From the NCBI GenBank assembly GCA_965237955.1, contig OZ250169.1:704001-768000 (forward strand): DNA of 64,000 nucleotides, read 5' to 3'. Made by a program: the position numbers and the translations under genes. The stretch comes from Candidatus Marinacidobacterales bacterium. Its GTDB lineage: Bacteria; Acidobacteriota; Vicinamibacteria; Marinacidobacterales; SMYC01. The notes under the pieces were generated by a model, which had not been told where the DNA came from, ran no database searches, and saw nothing but the letters and a program-made list of their open reading frames with translations. Below, in pieces: positions 1-10,180 of the stretch. How positions within the stretch are numbered: the stretch's first letter is position 1; each line of letters begins with the position of its first letter.

Positions 1-2
1 TT

Positions 3-869
3 CGCGTTCTGCGCATCGATTACCTGCCGGAAGTTGGGGCAAACAGGGAAAAGGACATCGCTGACCTTTGCGCCCAGGCACAGGGAACCCTCGAATGCCT
101 GACGTTCGACCGCGAGCATCCCGCCGGCGCCGGCGAGCGGATCCTAGCGCGCGTACCGGACAGCCATCGCCTCCACGTTGATTTGTCCGGTATGTCAAGG
201 ATCTTGATCGTCCAAATCGTGGCGGAGCTCGTACGCCGCGCGCGTTCGGCAAGCTCGGAGATATTGTATTGCAGCGCGAAAGTCTACCCTCCCAAACGGG
301 AACAAGTTGAATCGAAGCTTGCCGAGCACACGGACCTCGTCGGCCTAACAATGTTTATCTCTACGGGCGTGTTCGGCCTCACGGTTGTGCCTGAGCTCTC
401 CAGTGTTGCTATGCAGGGCCAGCCTATCCGTGTCATCACGTTTCCTTCTTGGAACACAACACAGCTTGCAGCAGTCTGCTCTGAAATGCAGGCCTCCCAC
501 TTTACTATTGTGCATGGAATTCCTCCGGATCCGCAGAATGCTTGGCGACGCAGCGCAATCCGGACACTAAATCGAGTCGAGTCGTTGCCTAGCCAAGAGG
601 AATTCGACGTGAGCACGCTGGACTATAGGGAAACGCTCGACTTACTGTTGAATATCTACGATACGCACCGACAGCACGAGAAACTAGTCGTATCTCCGAT
701 TGGCAGCAAGATGCAGTCTCTCGCGGTCGGGATCGTATGCGCGTTCCTGCGAGATCTGCAGGTCGTGTACCCCACGCCGCGTTTGTTCGCCGCTCCGGAG
801 GACTACACACAAGGTGTGGGGCATTTATACCGATTGCCACTTGAACAGTTCGTTGCACCGCGAAGGTGA
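3..869 (+). CDS. 5'-truncated hypothetical protein, tandem CARF-like Rossmann-fold candidate
   Basis: Frame is open from the window edge (RVLRIDYLP...). Motifs VDLSGMSR and VVSPIGSKMQSLA...VVYPTP resemble CARF-like folds found in conflict systems. Confidence 0.45.
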   Translation, partial: RVLRIDYLPEVGANREKDIADLCAQAQGTLECLTFDREHPAGAGERILARVPDSHRLHVDLSGMSRILIVQIVAELVRRARSASSEILYCSAKVYPPKREQVESKLAEHTDLVGLTMFISTGVFGLTVVPELSSVAMQGQPIRVITFPSWNTTQLAAVCSEMQASHFTIVHGIPPDPQNAWRRSAIRTLNRVESLPSQEEFDVSTLDYRETLDLLLNIYDTHRQHEKLVVSPIGSKMQSLAVGIVCAFLRDLQVVYPTPRLFAAPEDYTQGVGHLYRLPLEQFVAPRR

Positions 870-968
870 TGTGGCTAAAAGTGCGGTTTAAGATTCACAG
901 TGACGGTAACGGTAACGGTAACGGCGGCCAGATCATGCCCGTCTTGTTGTTATAGGTCACCGGCAGCC

Positions 969-1185
969 CGTCCTGTGCGGTGCTTCCGCAATCAAGTGTT
1001 GGTGGCTGCCGCGTAACCCGCTCGTGTGCTAGAGTTTGAGCCTGATTTCGGGAGACGCAGTTCTTTCGGCGATGCGGGCTGGGCTGACCACACGGTGCCT
1101 GACGTTCAGGGACACCTTCGTGTGCACGCCGACATCCTTATTAATGGCGTTCGCCGACACAGGCAGGCCAGCTGACATTAGCATT
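969..1185 (+). repeat. ~210-bp dispersed repeat B, copy 1
   Basis: Near-identical to 16815-17013 and to the reverse complement of 40058-40258. Confidence 0.85.
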
Positions 1186-1194
1186 CAAGCACGG

Positions 1195-1340
1195 CGTAGC
1201 AACACCTGATGGCGGAAGCACCCTCCTTCCCTGAACAGCCGGACCGCTTCCTTCTTGAACTCCCCCGTGAACTTCCTGCGTCGTTGTTTTCCCATGGACG
1301 CCTCCAGGCGCATTGTCGCGCCTCGGTTGGTGTCCACAAA
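1195..1340 (-). pseudogene. IS3-family left-end/orfA fragment
   Basis: Minus strand reads MGKQRRRKFTGEFKKEAVRL, a typical IS3 OrfA start, then breaks off. Confidence 0.65.
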
Positions 1341-1354
1341 ACCCGGGCAGGGCC

Positions 1355-1838
1355 ACGTCACGCCTACGTGCTCCAGACGATGAAGAAAGCCTACAAGTGC
1401 AAGAGTGCCGACAAGGCGCGCAAGCGACTTCAGGCATTGGTGTCGTGGCTCGAGCGAAACGGCTACGACGAAGCTGCCGGAAGCCTTCGTGAAGGGATGG
1501 AAGAGACACTCACGGTCGTGAAGCTCGCGCTGCCCGCCTTACTTCGCCAGTCTCTTGCCACGACGAACGCCATTGAGAATCTCAACGGAACCATTCGCAG
1601 AGTATCGAGAAACGTCAAGCGTTGGAAGAGTCCTTCCATGGTTCGCCGATGGACCGCTCTCGGCGTCGTCACGGCGGAGAAAGAGTTCCGGCGTATCAAA
1701 GGCTATCGCCATATGGGCGCTCTCGTTTACGCGCTTAGAAGCAAACAGAAATCTCTTGACAGCGATGAGTTTGCTGCCTAAGAGTATTCACAGGTGCCGC
1801 CGCTACCCGACTAAATTCAACAGCGGCCGGGACATCCC
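1355..1838 (+). pseudogene. IS256-family transposase 3' fragment with right end
   Basis: SLREGMEETLTV...TTNAIENLNG...FRRIKGY motifs, stop at 1781, terminal ...GGGACATCCC. Confidence 0.8.
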
Positions 1839-1871
1839 CGCAAGCACCCCCGTCCTGTGCCAAAACTCGGC

Positions 1872-3217
1872 TGTCCTTCATCATTATTGATCCAGCGGGA
1901 ATGGTACCGCTGGTGGCCCTACGACGAACGAAGAAACCCGGGTCGGCGCGCGCGGGCACTTGCCGAGATCACGCGATCAATGGGCCGCGGAGCTGGACAA
2001 CGCAATCGCGAGGGACCCCAGCAATCGACGCGCAGCGACTAAACTGGCTCAGGCGGCGTCGCGCCATTCGTAGCGGTGGTGGAGCCCACCCACTCGCGGC
2101 AACGCGACGACTTTTGCGGTCGGTGATGGTCGGGGCGTGACGGGTCTTGAGTTCGGGGTGTCTTTGTCGAGACCCAAGTGGCAACGGTCCTCGTGGTAGT
2201 AGCTGATGTACAAGCGCATGAGCCGGACGAGATGCCGCTCACTGAGGACAACTACATGCTCTAACATCTCGCGGCGGCAGTTTCCGATCCAGCGTTCGGC
2301 GGTACCGTTTTGCCAAGGGCTGCGATAAGAAATGCGAACAGGCTTTGTGCCCATGGCCCTGATGAACTCCACCACTGCAGGGCTGAAAATCGCGTCGCGG
2401 TCAAAGACCAAGTATCGTGGTGCCGTGTCGTATGGGAACGCCTCGCGCAGTTGTTGAATCACCCACGCTGACGTGGGGTTGTACGTCGCGTTGAAGTGCA
2501 AGATATGGCGACGGCCGTGCTCGATGACGAAGAAGCCGTACAGCAGCCGTAGCGACGCCGTCGGTACGGCGAACAGATCCATCGCGGCGATGTCGTCCTT
2601 GTGGTTCCGCAAGAACGCAATCCATCGCTTCACTTCGTCGGGTTCGGCTCGGCGGCGCGGCATGTATCGCGACACCGTCATCTCGCTGACAACGAATCCG
2701 AGCTTCGTCAGCTCAGCGTGGATACGAGGTGCACCCCAGCCGTCTTGGGCCATCGTGCGGACGAGACGACGAATCTCGGCATCAATCCGAGGTCGACCTG
2801 GATAGCGCGGACGGGAGATCCGAGCCCAGTATCGGCGGAACCGATCTCGATTCCACCGGGCGACCGTGTCGGCGTTCACGATAACGAGCCGGCTCGCCCA
2901 CGCTGGCCACGAGCTTCGGAGCGCAACCCAGAATGCTCGGTCCGTGTCCTCGAGCGGTGGCCGGGGGCGCTCCTTCTTCAACGCCGTAACTTGCTGCCGC
3001 AGGGCCAGGTTTTCAATCACGAGGTCGGCTCGGCACCGACACATCGCCCGGATCGCACGGGCGCCGAGTGAGACGAGGAAGATGAGGACACGGAGCATGG
3101 CGGCAGAGTTTGCCGTCTCAAGACCGGGATCTCAAGCGGGAGATGCGCTCGTTGGCCGAGGCGTGAACGGTGCGTAAGTCCTTGATTTCAGGAGCGGACG
3201 GATATTGATGATGCACA
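1872..3217 (-). mobile_element. 1,346-bp rve-integrase element (IS481/IS3-like), copy 1
   Basis: Imperfect TIRs TGTCCTTCATCATTAT / TGTGCATCATCAATAT. Same length and near-identical at 19900-21245 and 34379-35724. Confidence 0.9.
2049..3098 (-). CDS. Integrase-core (DDE) transposase
   Basis: 349 aa with WGAPRIHAEL, AMDLF, FDRD and SPWQNGTAERWIG motifs. Confidence 0.9.
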   Translation of the reverse strand: MLRVLIFLVSLGARAIRAMCRCRADLVIENLALRQQVTALKKERPRPPLEDTDRAFWVALRSSWPAWASRLVIVNADTVARWNRDRFRRYWARISRPRYPGRPRIDAEIRRLVRTMAQDGWGAPRIHAELTKLGFVVSEMTVSRYMPRRRAEPDEVKRWIAFLRNHKDDIAAMDLFAVPTASLRLLYGFFVIEHGRRHILHFNATYNPTSAWVIQQLREAFPYDTAPRYLVFDRDAIFSPAVVEFIRAMGTKPVRISYRSPWQNGTAERWIGNCRREMLEHVVVLSERHLVRLMRLYISYYHEDRCHLGLDKDTPNSRPVTPRPSPTAKVVALPRVGGLHHRYEWRDAA

Positions 3218-3435
3218 GGCTCCGCGACCTGCAATGCTTTGGTTCTAAGGATGAGCTATTGGAAGAGATGTTCGGCTCTCACGTCACTCACTTGCAGGCT
3301 CTGTACGTTGGTCGTACTTTGGTCCCCAGGCCCGACGCATTGCCCCATCGATCAGGCTCCATGCGCCTTCGGTGGCTTCCGCAATCTGAGCTTGACCAGT
3401 TGGGATCTCATCGGTCCATTGTGTCTGTCACCGCC

Positions 3436-4089
3436 TCAATTTAACGGTACCCTGGGAGTGTTGGCGAGACTCAAAAGTATCATTGCGACAGCGGATCCAT
3501 AGTTACCAGCCATCGCATCTGCCATAACGCGCGAGTACGTTGGCCCTGGCCGCCTGACGATAGAGAACCGTGGAGAGAAACCGAATCTAGAGAGCAGTGA
3601 CGTCCAAAGGATACGTGAAGTTCGCCCGTTGCCATTCAGGAACGGATGAATATGAACGAATCGCGCGACGCCGACACCTACAATCGTCGCCAGTTCTCGT
3701 GTGAAGTTTGACACCTTTCCCTCTATCCACCGACCTGTCAGGGTATCGACCGCGCTAGTTAAGTAAAGGCTGAGTAGCGCCATCTCGGCCGAAACAATCT
3801 GAAACTGCAATCCAGATAAGCCTCCGACTCTGACGTTTGTGGCTAGACAAGGGCGATCAGGATCCAACTGTCGAAAGTTTCCAGCGTAGTACGGAAGTGG
3901 CACAGCAGTCTCGAAAAGGCTCTTGTGCCAGGATTTTATCGTTGTGAGGTCTGGGCACCGCTCACGAGATTCCTCAATGGCTCGCTTCCGGACTTCTTGT
4001 GTCAGCGCCGCGAAACTCTCCGACGCATGTTCACCAGTGCCTCGCCATTGCGGGCATTTATCTGTTCGGGATTTGGTTTGGCGCGCCAA
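3436..4089 (-). CDS. Fic-domain protein (putative AMPylating toxin)
   Basis: Canonical Fic motif HPFLNGNGRTSR. Confidence 0.9.
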   Translation of the reverse strand: MARQTKSRTDKCPQWRGTGEHASESFAALTQEVRKRAIEESRERCPDLTTIKSWHKSLFETAVPLPYYAGNFRQLDPDRPCLATNVRVGGLSGLQFQIVSAEMALLSLYLTSAVDTLTGRWIEGKVSNFTRELATIVGVGVARFVHIHPFLNGNGRTSRILWTSLLSRFGFSPRFSIVRRPGPTYSRVMADAMAGNYGSAVAMILLSLANTPRVPLN

Positions 4090-4095
4090 CGTACC

Positions 4096-4500
4096 TTAGA
4101 TTTCGTCGCCGTGCGGGTCCAGTTCTTCGTGAAGAACGTCCACGTCCTCACTTGAGCCATCGATCGCACGAGCTGCGCGGGCTAGGACATCATCTGGGTC
4201 TTCTCCGAGTTCGCGCAAAACATCCATGGCAGAATTCCATGTTCCGTTGAGAGCTTCTTGAGAGAAGGGTGAGCCCTCGAGTACGTAGTGGTGGGAGGTG
4301 GCGTCAACGGAGTCGATTTGCATTGGAGCAGCGTTCCCTGCTGCTCCCACAATGCAGGTAGAAACAGCGAAGGCCACCACAGTGGGGAGCCTCAAAGCCT
4401 TCCGCGCAACTCTCGTAGAAGCACTCTCAGTTGCTTCAGTGATGTCATGGACCCACGTCGGTTCCTTTTTCTCGAAAATCGTTTGCATCTCTGTCCTCAC
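4096..4500 (-). CDS. Hypothetical protein, possible antitoxin with a hydrophobic segment
   Basis: 134-aa ORF tightly packed (10- and 6-bp gaps) between its neighbours, acidic C-terminus. Confidence 0.6.
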   Translation of the reverse strand: MRTEMQTIFEKKEPTWVHDITEATESASTRVARKALRLPTVVAFAVSTCIVGAAGNAAPMQIDSVDATSHHYVLEGSPFSQEALNGTWNSAMDVLRELGEDPDDVLARAARAIDGSSEDVDVLHEELDPHGDEI

Positions 4501-4510
4501 GTTTCTTAGC

Positions 4511-5134
4511 TCAATATGCTGGCATGTCGTCCTTACTTATCAAAGTTTCCAATTTCCTGCATAGGAAACCAAGATGCTCAGTGGACATATCTATCTTCAC
4601 GACGGCCGCGACAGCACCCTTCCCTGCCTTCTTGAGGGCACCAGCTTTTAATTCGTGAATGGCACGCGGAGATACCGCGTAGAATCTCAGTTCGGCCGCT
4701 CCGTTTGCGTAAGCGATATCCAACGTACTGGCTCGATCAAATACTACCCGCTCACCGTGTTGGGGGAACGCTACATTTCTCTCCTCGATCGTGTTGCCGC
4801 CGATTCGTTTCGCAAGGTCGGAAACGAATGTTGGGTTTTCTTTGCTATATAAGGCCTTTGCGATATTTCCGGGAGACATGGAAACCAAAAAGACCGCTGA
4901 TAGGATAGCAGTTGAAGGTGCCAACTGTCCAAACGCCAAGGAAATGTCTTTGCCTTCGCGCGTAGCATCAACCCAGTTGGCATACATGGACCGTTTCGGG
5001 ATGGGGAGTTCCGCGGAGACCAAAAATAGCACAAGCTCTCCATCTGATACCTTCGTCAAGTAAACGCCTGGAGACAGTTGTGTCTTTTTGGCTAACGCAA
5101 GCTGCTCTGCGGGCGTACTCTGCTTTGCGCTCAA
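4511..5134 (-). CDS. Hypothetical protein, DUF3467-like
   Basis: 207 aa with a GAGGA RBS. YANWV...DISLAFGQ resembles the DUF3467 motif. Confidence 0.55.
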   Translation of the reverse strand: MSAKQSTPAEQLALAKKTQLSPGVYLTKVSDGELVLFLVSAELPIPKRSMYANWVDATREGKDISLAFGQLAPSTAILSAVFLVSMSPGNIAKALYSKENPTFVSDLAKRIGGNTIEERNVAFPQHGERVVFDRASTLDIAYANGAAELRFYAVSPRAIHELKAGALKKAGKGAVAAVVKIDMSTEHLGFLCRKLETLISKDDMPAY

Positions 5135-5309
5135 TTTCGTCCTCTCCCACCCTCAAATATCACACGGTCCTCAAGAGGGGGCAAACTCAAATGGAACATG
5201 TACAAGCTCATTTCTCGACGACCTTGGCGAATATCGCGCCGGGTGGAAGATCCATCGGCGTGAACGGGTGCTCTCATAGCATTGCCGGACCTGATTGAGG
5301 CCGAATCCG

Positions 5310-5410
5310 AGGCAAGTAAAGACATCAAGGAGGCCCAGGCTCACCTGGACTAGAACGTGCTAGCCCGCTACGCTACAGTAGCCCAGCCTCAATTCTGGAC
5401 CTCTCGGGCA
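5310..5410 (+). repeat. Dispersed repeat A, partial copy
   Basis: GACATCAAGGAGGCCCA...AACGTGCTAGCCC...GGACC is shared with 40350-40445 and related to 16660-16815, 17790-17860 (rc) and 50097-50290 (rc). Confidence 0.7.
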
Positions 5411-5447
5411 GGTACTGTCAAGTTTTCCAAGGCCTGACGGCCACCCC
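5411..5447 (+). mobile_element. Junction of an IS6-like TIR with an IS110 left end
   Basis: GGTACTGTCAAG|TTTTCCAAGGCCTGACGGCCACCCC closely matches the reverse complement of 63669-63705. Confidence 0.75.
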
Positions 5448-5838
5448 GTCCTGTGCCAAAACTCGACCCTTTCGAAATAGACCATAAATCACCGGCTTAG
5501 TGTCTGTGTTTGCGACCGGGCCAATAAAAGGCCCACCGATGAGGCTCCTTCACTATTATAGTCGGCACCCTGGGCATCAGCGGGGGAACTGTCCGGCCCA
5601 GCAGGCTTCTGGTCAGGCTCCATCGCGGTAGGGTCGAGGGCTGGCACGGTGCTCCGTAGGCGCGGCCTATCTGTTTCTCCCCGTTTCCTGTGGGAGTGCC
5701 CGTAAGGTCAAAATACTCATGCGGCTTCCCTATGGTAGAAACGTAGCAACCCGCCAAGCCGTTCACGGGAGCGCACCATAGACACTAAGCTGCTGATTTG
5801 TGGTCTATTTCAAGAGGGCCGAGTTTTGGCACAGGACG
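5447..5838. mobile_element. Non-autonomous mini-element bounded by inverted CGTCCTGTGCCAAAACTCG termini
   Basis: Terminus at 5447 (forward) and at 5838 (reverse). Confidence 0.75.
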
Positions 5839-5894
5839 GGATAGTAGTCGCGGTTCGCGTCGATCAGGACGTTGGCGTCGAGCAGGTAGAGCAA
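5839..5894 (-). pseudogene. N-terminal stub of a DUF4411/PIN-like nuclease
   Basis: GGAG RBS, then (M)LYLLDANVLIDANRDYY, cut by an element terminus. Confidence 0.75.
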
Positions 5895-5905
5895 GCACGA
5901 TCTCC

Positions 5906-7168
5906 TTACCGTGCCGTCGGGGGGCGAAGCATTCTGCCAACGTGCGCGGGCTTGACACCCAGGATTCGGGCCACCTTGGTCGTCGACAACGCACCAGAAT
6001 CCATCATGCGGTGGGCGAACCCGAGCAAGGCTTGTCCGACTCGGTGACGGCGCACGACGTAGTAGTCGACGCCGCTCTCCGATTCACGCGCCTTGGCTCG
6101 CTGTCGGTCGCGTTGTTGCCGCCACCGGTCGTGGAAAACCACTCGTAGGCGATCGAACGTCTGCCAGTCGAGGCGACCCGCACGTAGGAGCCTGTAGGCG
6201 ACCATGGTGCGGCTCAGGTTCCGCGGCCGGGCGAACTCGTCGATGAGGCGCTGTTGTTCGAAGAGGTCTCGATCCCGGTCGATCTGGATCTGGTCGAGCG
6301 TCTGCACAGGCAGCATCCACTCGGCAGCGACGTTGTTGCAGAATTCCTCGACCTCCGTCCCGGAATGACCGCCGCTGATGCCAGTCTGGCCGAGCAACAG
6401 ATGGGTCAGCTCGTGCAGAAGCGTGAACGACCACGCTGCCCTGGAGTCGTTGTCGTTGATAACTACGAACGGGGCGACGTCGTCTGCGATGGTGAAACCG
6501 CGAAACATCTCCACGTCGATGGCCGTGTGATGGCTGCCCAGATTCCCCTTGAGCAGGACGAATACGCCGGCACCCTCTGTTCGCGTGCGGAGCAGAGTGA
6601 ACGCTTGGTCGGCCGAAGGCTGCGCGTAGTAGGTGGCGGCGTTCAGGTCATGTCCGAGCACTTCGCTCAGAGCCTTCGCCGCTAGCCGGGACGACCGGGC
6701 GGCGTCCGTCCTGCGTCGGAGTAAGTTGCTCAACGACTCCAGGTCCGTCCTCGCGCCCACGCTTCTCGACAGGGCTCCCACGAACGGCAGTGGCTCGGCT
6801 TCGTCCCCTGCTTCCAGCGCGGCCCGAACCATGTTCTGCTGACTCCGAACGTTCCGGACGAGCGCGTCGACTAGGGCGTCCGTCTCCGACGAACGCTCCA
6901 CGGGTAGCGTGCGAAAGTCCGCACCGCGATCACCCCGCTGAGGCGGCGCGGTGAGGTAGAAGGCGAGCAGCGGTCGGCGATAGTGCCGCGCCATCTTGAC
7001 CAGGGTCGGCCGCGTCGGCTCTTTCTCGCCGCGTTCGAGCTCGGCGAGCCGGTCGACGGCCACCATACCCCGTGCATCTCTGATGCCGACCTTCGCGACG
7101 GCATCCTGGGGTGTCAAACCGGCGGTCTTGCGCGCCCAGACGAGGATTTCAGGATTGACTGCCGGCAC
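5906..7168 (-). CDS. XRE-HTH + ImmA/IrrE metallopeptidase
   Basis: N-terminal VNPEILVWAR HTH and HELTH zinc motif. Probable GTG start at 7168. Confidence 0.9.
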   Translation of the reverse strand: MPAVNPEILVWARKTAGLTPQDAVAKVGIRDARGMVAVDRLAELERGEKEPTRPTLVKMARHYRRPLLAFYLTAPPQRGDRGADFRTLPVERSSETDALVDALVRNVRSQQNMVRAALEAGDEAEPLPFVGALSRSVGARTDLESLSNLLRRRTDAARSSRLAAKALSEVLGHDLNAATYYAQPSADQAFTLLRTRTEGAGVFVLLKGNLGSHHTAIDVEMFRGFTIADDVAPFVVINDNDSRAAWSFTLLHELTHLLLGQTGISGGHSGTEVEEFCNNVAAEWMLPVQTLDQIQIDRDRDLFEQQRLIDEFARPRNLSRTMVAYRLLRAGRLDWQTFDRLRVVFHDRWRQQRDRQRAKARESESGVDYYVVRRHRVGQALLGFAHRMMDSGALSTTKVARILGVKPAHVGRMLRPPTAR

Positions 7169-7271
7169 CGTTTTGACCCTAGCATAACACTTCGCCCGCC
7201 GCGCCGGGCGTCTTCGACGCGAGGGCATCTACCAGATGCGCGTGGGCCTGGCGATCTTTCTTCTGCGACCC

Positions 7272-7810
7272 CGTCCTGTGCCAAAACTCGGCCCCTTTGA
7301 AATAGGCCATAAATCAGCAGCTTAGTGTCTGTGTTTGCGACCGGGCCAAGGGCCGTGGGCTTTACAATCGTCTTGGGCGGGCGGGTCGTCACCATGCAGA
7401 TGACCACCACCTGCGCACAGCGGTAACCGAATACGTAGTGCACTATCACACAGAACGGAACCACCAAGGTCTCGGCAACGAGCTCATCACACCTCTGCCG
7501 GCAAGCGCGAATGACGCTGGCCCCATCGTGTCGCGAGAGCGACTTGGGGGCATTCTCAACTACTACTGCCGTGCCGCGTAGATTGTCGCCGGCGACGGTA
7601 GCCCCTCGGCGGGCTCGACCGGCGTAGCGTGGAAACCGCTTCAGGAACACGCTTCGATATTCGCTCTCGACTAGGTGGTCATCTGCATGGTGACGACCCG
7701 CCCGCCCAAGACGATTGTAAAGCCCACGGCCCTTGGCCCGGTCGCAAACACAGACACTAAGCTGCTGATTTATGGCCTATTTCAAAAGGGCCGAGTTTTG
7801 GCACAGGACG
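7272..7810. mobile_element. 539-bp mini-element with ~135-bp inverted repeats enclosing an integrase 3' end
   Basis: 7272-7408 is the near-perfect reverse complement of 7674-7810. The interior encodes ...[10 protein letters not shown]...[12 protein letters not shown]. Confidence 0.9.
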
Positions 7811-7883
7811 GCATCGCGGATCATGTCGTGCTTGGCAACGCACCGAGAGCTCGTATTCGCGGGGAGGTGAGAAACAGAAAATC

Positions 7884-8684
7884 TTACACTCCTCTTTTTG
7901 AGTTGGCATCGGCACCAGGGGCCGGTAGTCCCACCATTTTTCTGAGTGATGCGAGGTCTCCGGCGCAAATGTGCAGTGGCTCTATGCTCTCAAAGGAGCC
8001 AAAGTCAAAATCGGAGAACTGCAACCACTGGTCCATTCTGTTGTGTGCAGCAGCATACAGCATGACTCCGAAGCTTGTCGGCTTGGCCGTCGAATACAAA
8101 AACGAAGTTTTGCCGACAAGGTCACTATCCCATCTGTATTCGTTAAGCAATCCCTTCCGCCACAGCGCATTCAAATCAGTGTCTATCTTGATCCCATGAA
8201 CATCGACCAATTCTCTTAGTGACATCCAAATTGCTGTACTATTAACTTCTTGACCTTCAGCGACATTGATCGAGCGGCTCTGTTTTATCCACATTTTATT
8301 CAGAGTATGGTAGATGACGTAATGTAATGTGAGTTGTGTGGCTGATAGAGATTTGATCACATCAACGAATTGAATGGACGAGTCGTCCTTTCCGTCGTTG
8401 GTTCTCGAAGACGCCAGAATTCCACCAAAGTACTCAGCACAAACCTCGTCGTCGGAAAAGGTCCCATTCCAAAGTACGTCTCGAGTCACACGGAGGTTTG
8501 GGATTTTCCCGTCATCAATGTTTTCTATTTTCCGAGTCGCAGCCGCAAGAAGTTTGTTCCTTCCTGCCGCATACATCCGTTTAAGGTCTTCACCGAATTC
8601 AGACAGGACTGGCCCGAACAACTTCTTGATCGCCCATTCGCCCGGAATGGAGATTTCTAAATGCCCCTTGTCTAAATCACTCAT
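7884..8684 (-). CDS. Abi-alpha/DUF4393-like protein
   Basis: 266 aa, lower GC. KKLFGP...GEDL, DDEVCAEYFGGILASS and FVDVIKSLS pattern. Confidence 0.6.
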   Translation of the reverse strand: MSDLDKGHLEISIPGEWAIKKLFGPVLSEFGEDLKRMYAAGRNKLLAAATRKIENIDDGKIPNLRVTRDVLWNGTFSDDEVCAEYFGGILASSRTNDGKDDSSIQFVDVIKSLSATQLTLHYVIYHTLNKMWIKQSRSINVAEGQEVNSTAIWMSLRELVDVHGIKIDTDLNALWRKGLLNEYRWDSDLVGKTSFLYSTAKPTSFGVMLYAAAHNRMDQWLQFSDFDFGSFESIEPLHICAGDLASLRKMVGLPAPGADANSKRGV

Positions 8685-8920
8685 GACTACTAGCGTCTAT
8701 ATTAATTGTCACAGGCGGCCGCTCACTGGGATGTGTCCCGAGGTCTGTGGAAAAAGAACGGCGCCCTCCACTCCGTCATCAGGGTATCAGATCAGGCGGC
8801 AACCTCCACGTGTTCGAGAACCTCGCTCAGACGTTGCATCGAAGCGGTGCCCCGTCAAGACCAAAGCTGTTGCCGGTGACCCTCGGCGGCAGCATGCCGT
8901 CCGGTAGTCATAACTCCTCC

Positions 8921-9054
8921 CGTCCTGTGCCAAAACTCGGACAGCCACGACATCCCCAAGCGCCGGCCTACGGCCCTTGGGGGTGTCGCAAACACAGACA
9001 CTAAGTTGCTGATTTGTAGCCTATTTCAAAAGAGCCGAGTTTTGGCACAGGACG
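8921..9054. mobile_element. 134-bp mini-element with CGTCCTGTGCC termini
   Basis: Inverted termini at both ends. Confidence 0.8.
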
Positions 9055-9218
9055 GGGGCTGGAAACGGACTTACGGTGCCGCTAGTGAGGCACTCCCACA
9101 GGAAACGAGGAGAAACAGATAGGCCGCGCCTACGGGATACCGCGCCAGCCCTCGACCCTATCGACAAGCTCTTTGCATTCTTACGTTCTGTCCCCCGAGG
9201 AATCCTCCGGCGGTGCCA

Positions 9219-10097
9219 TCACCCCTGGTCGGAAAGATCCACTTCGACTCGCGTCCCGTTAACGACGATCACCGAACTATTTACGAACTCTTGGCTTGTG
9301 ATCTCAAAGTCTCGCAGCGCGGGAATGGACGCGCTATCTATGTACCAGGCCACCTCGTCGAGGCCGTGGTCAGACGAATCGACGAAATCTCGGTACGGAA
9401 TCCCAACGTCCAAACGGAGACCGGCCAGACCAACGCTCGCCAATGCCCCAGCGCCCTTGACACGATTCATCAACTCACCCACGACTAGCGCGAGCCTTTG
9501 GGCTTGATTGATTTGTCGCGTGTTGTAAACCGACTCCCAGTTACCAAGCCAGACCGCCAAGTATTCACCGCCCCTAAACGACTCTAGCGGTTGCAGCCTC
9601 CCGCCGCCCAAGTCTTGTGCGTAGCGGGCCAAGTCTCGCCACGAATCTCGAGGAACCTCCGTTCCAGTGAACGCTACAGCCGCCGCACTATCGAGAGCCG
9701 CGTTCACCTGGTCCTCAACATCTTCCTCGACCCAGCTTGGGACCGCGTACTGCGCAAGCCGTTTCACCATGTCCGCCTGGTCTCGAAAGCGGAGCTTGAT
9801 CCAAATGCCAGGCACACGGAACTCGATCTCCGATTTTTTCCTTTTCTCGAAGCGCAACTCGAACACCCTTGGCAAAGCCTCAGGAATCACTTCCCATCCC
9901 CGGGCTTGAGTGTCTAAACCGTAAATCTTGTGCACATTTGCCCAGTCGCTCCCTTCAAGCACAAGGGATCCTCCCGGAACGATAATGGTGTACTCCTCGC
10001 CCTTGTTTTGCGCGCTTGCTCTTATCGCAAGCAGAAACACGACGAAAGCCAAGCACACGACGACACCGAACTCACTCCATCTCCATGTATGCCTCAT
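9219..10097 (-). CDS. Exported hypothetical protein
   Basis: 292 aa, RBS AAGG(A)G, signal peptide ending ASA-Q. Confidence 0.7.
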   Translation of the reverse strand: MRHTWRWSEFGVVVCLAFVVFLLAIRASAQNKGEEYTIIVPGGSLVLEGSDWANVHKIYGLDTQARGWEVIPEALPRVFELRFEKRKKSEIEFRVPGIWIKLRFRDQADMVKRLAQYAVPSWVEEDVEDQVNAALDSAAAVAFTGTEVPRDSWRDLARYAQDLGGGRLQPLESFRGGEYLAVWLGNWESVYNTRQINQAQRLALVVGELMNRVKGAGALASVGLAGLRLDVGIPYRDFVDSSDHGLDEVAWYIDSASIPALRDFEITSQEFVNSSVIVVNGTRVEVDLSDQG

Positions 10098-10180
10098 CCT
10101 TCTCCCCTTTCCTTTCGCCGCTCTTTCGAGCTGCGATCCACCATGTTAGGCAAGTCAAAACCCACCTGTGCCTTCTATTT

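Noticed and set aside
903-924. ACGGTA tandem repeat
   Set aside because: Only about three units, intergenic, with no supportable function.
1869-3220. GGC target-site duplication for the 1,346-bp element
   Set aside because: It is seen in two copies but not the third, and the flanks come from unrelated sequences, so it is more likely a target bias.
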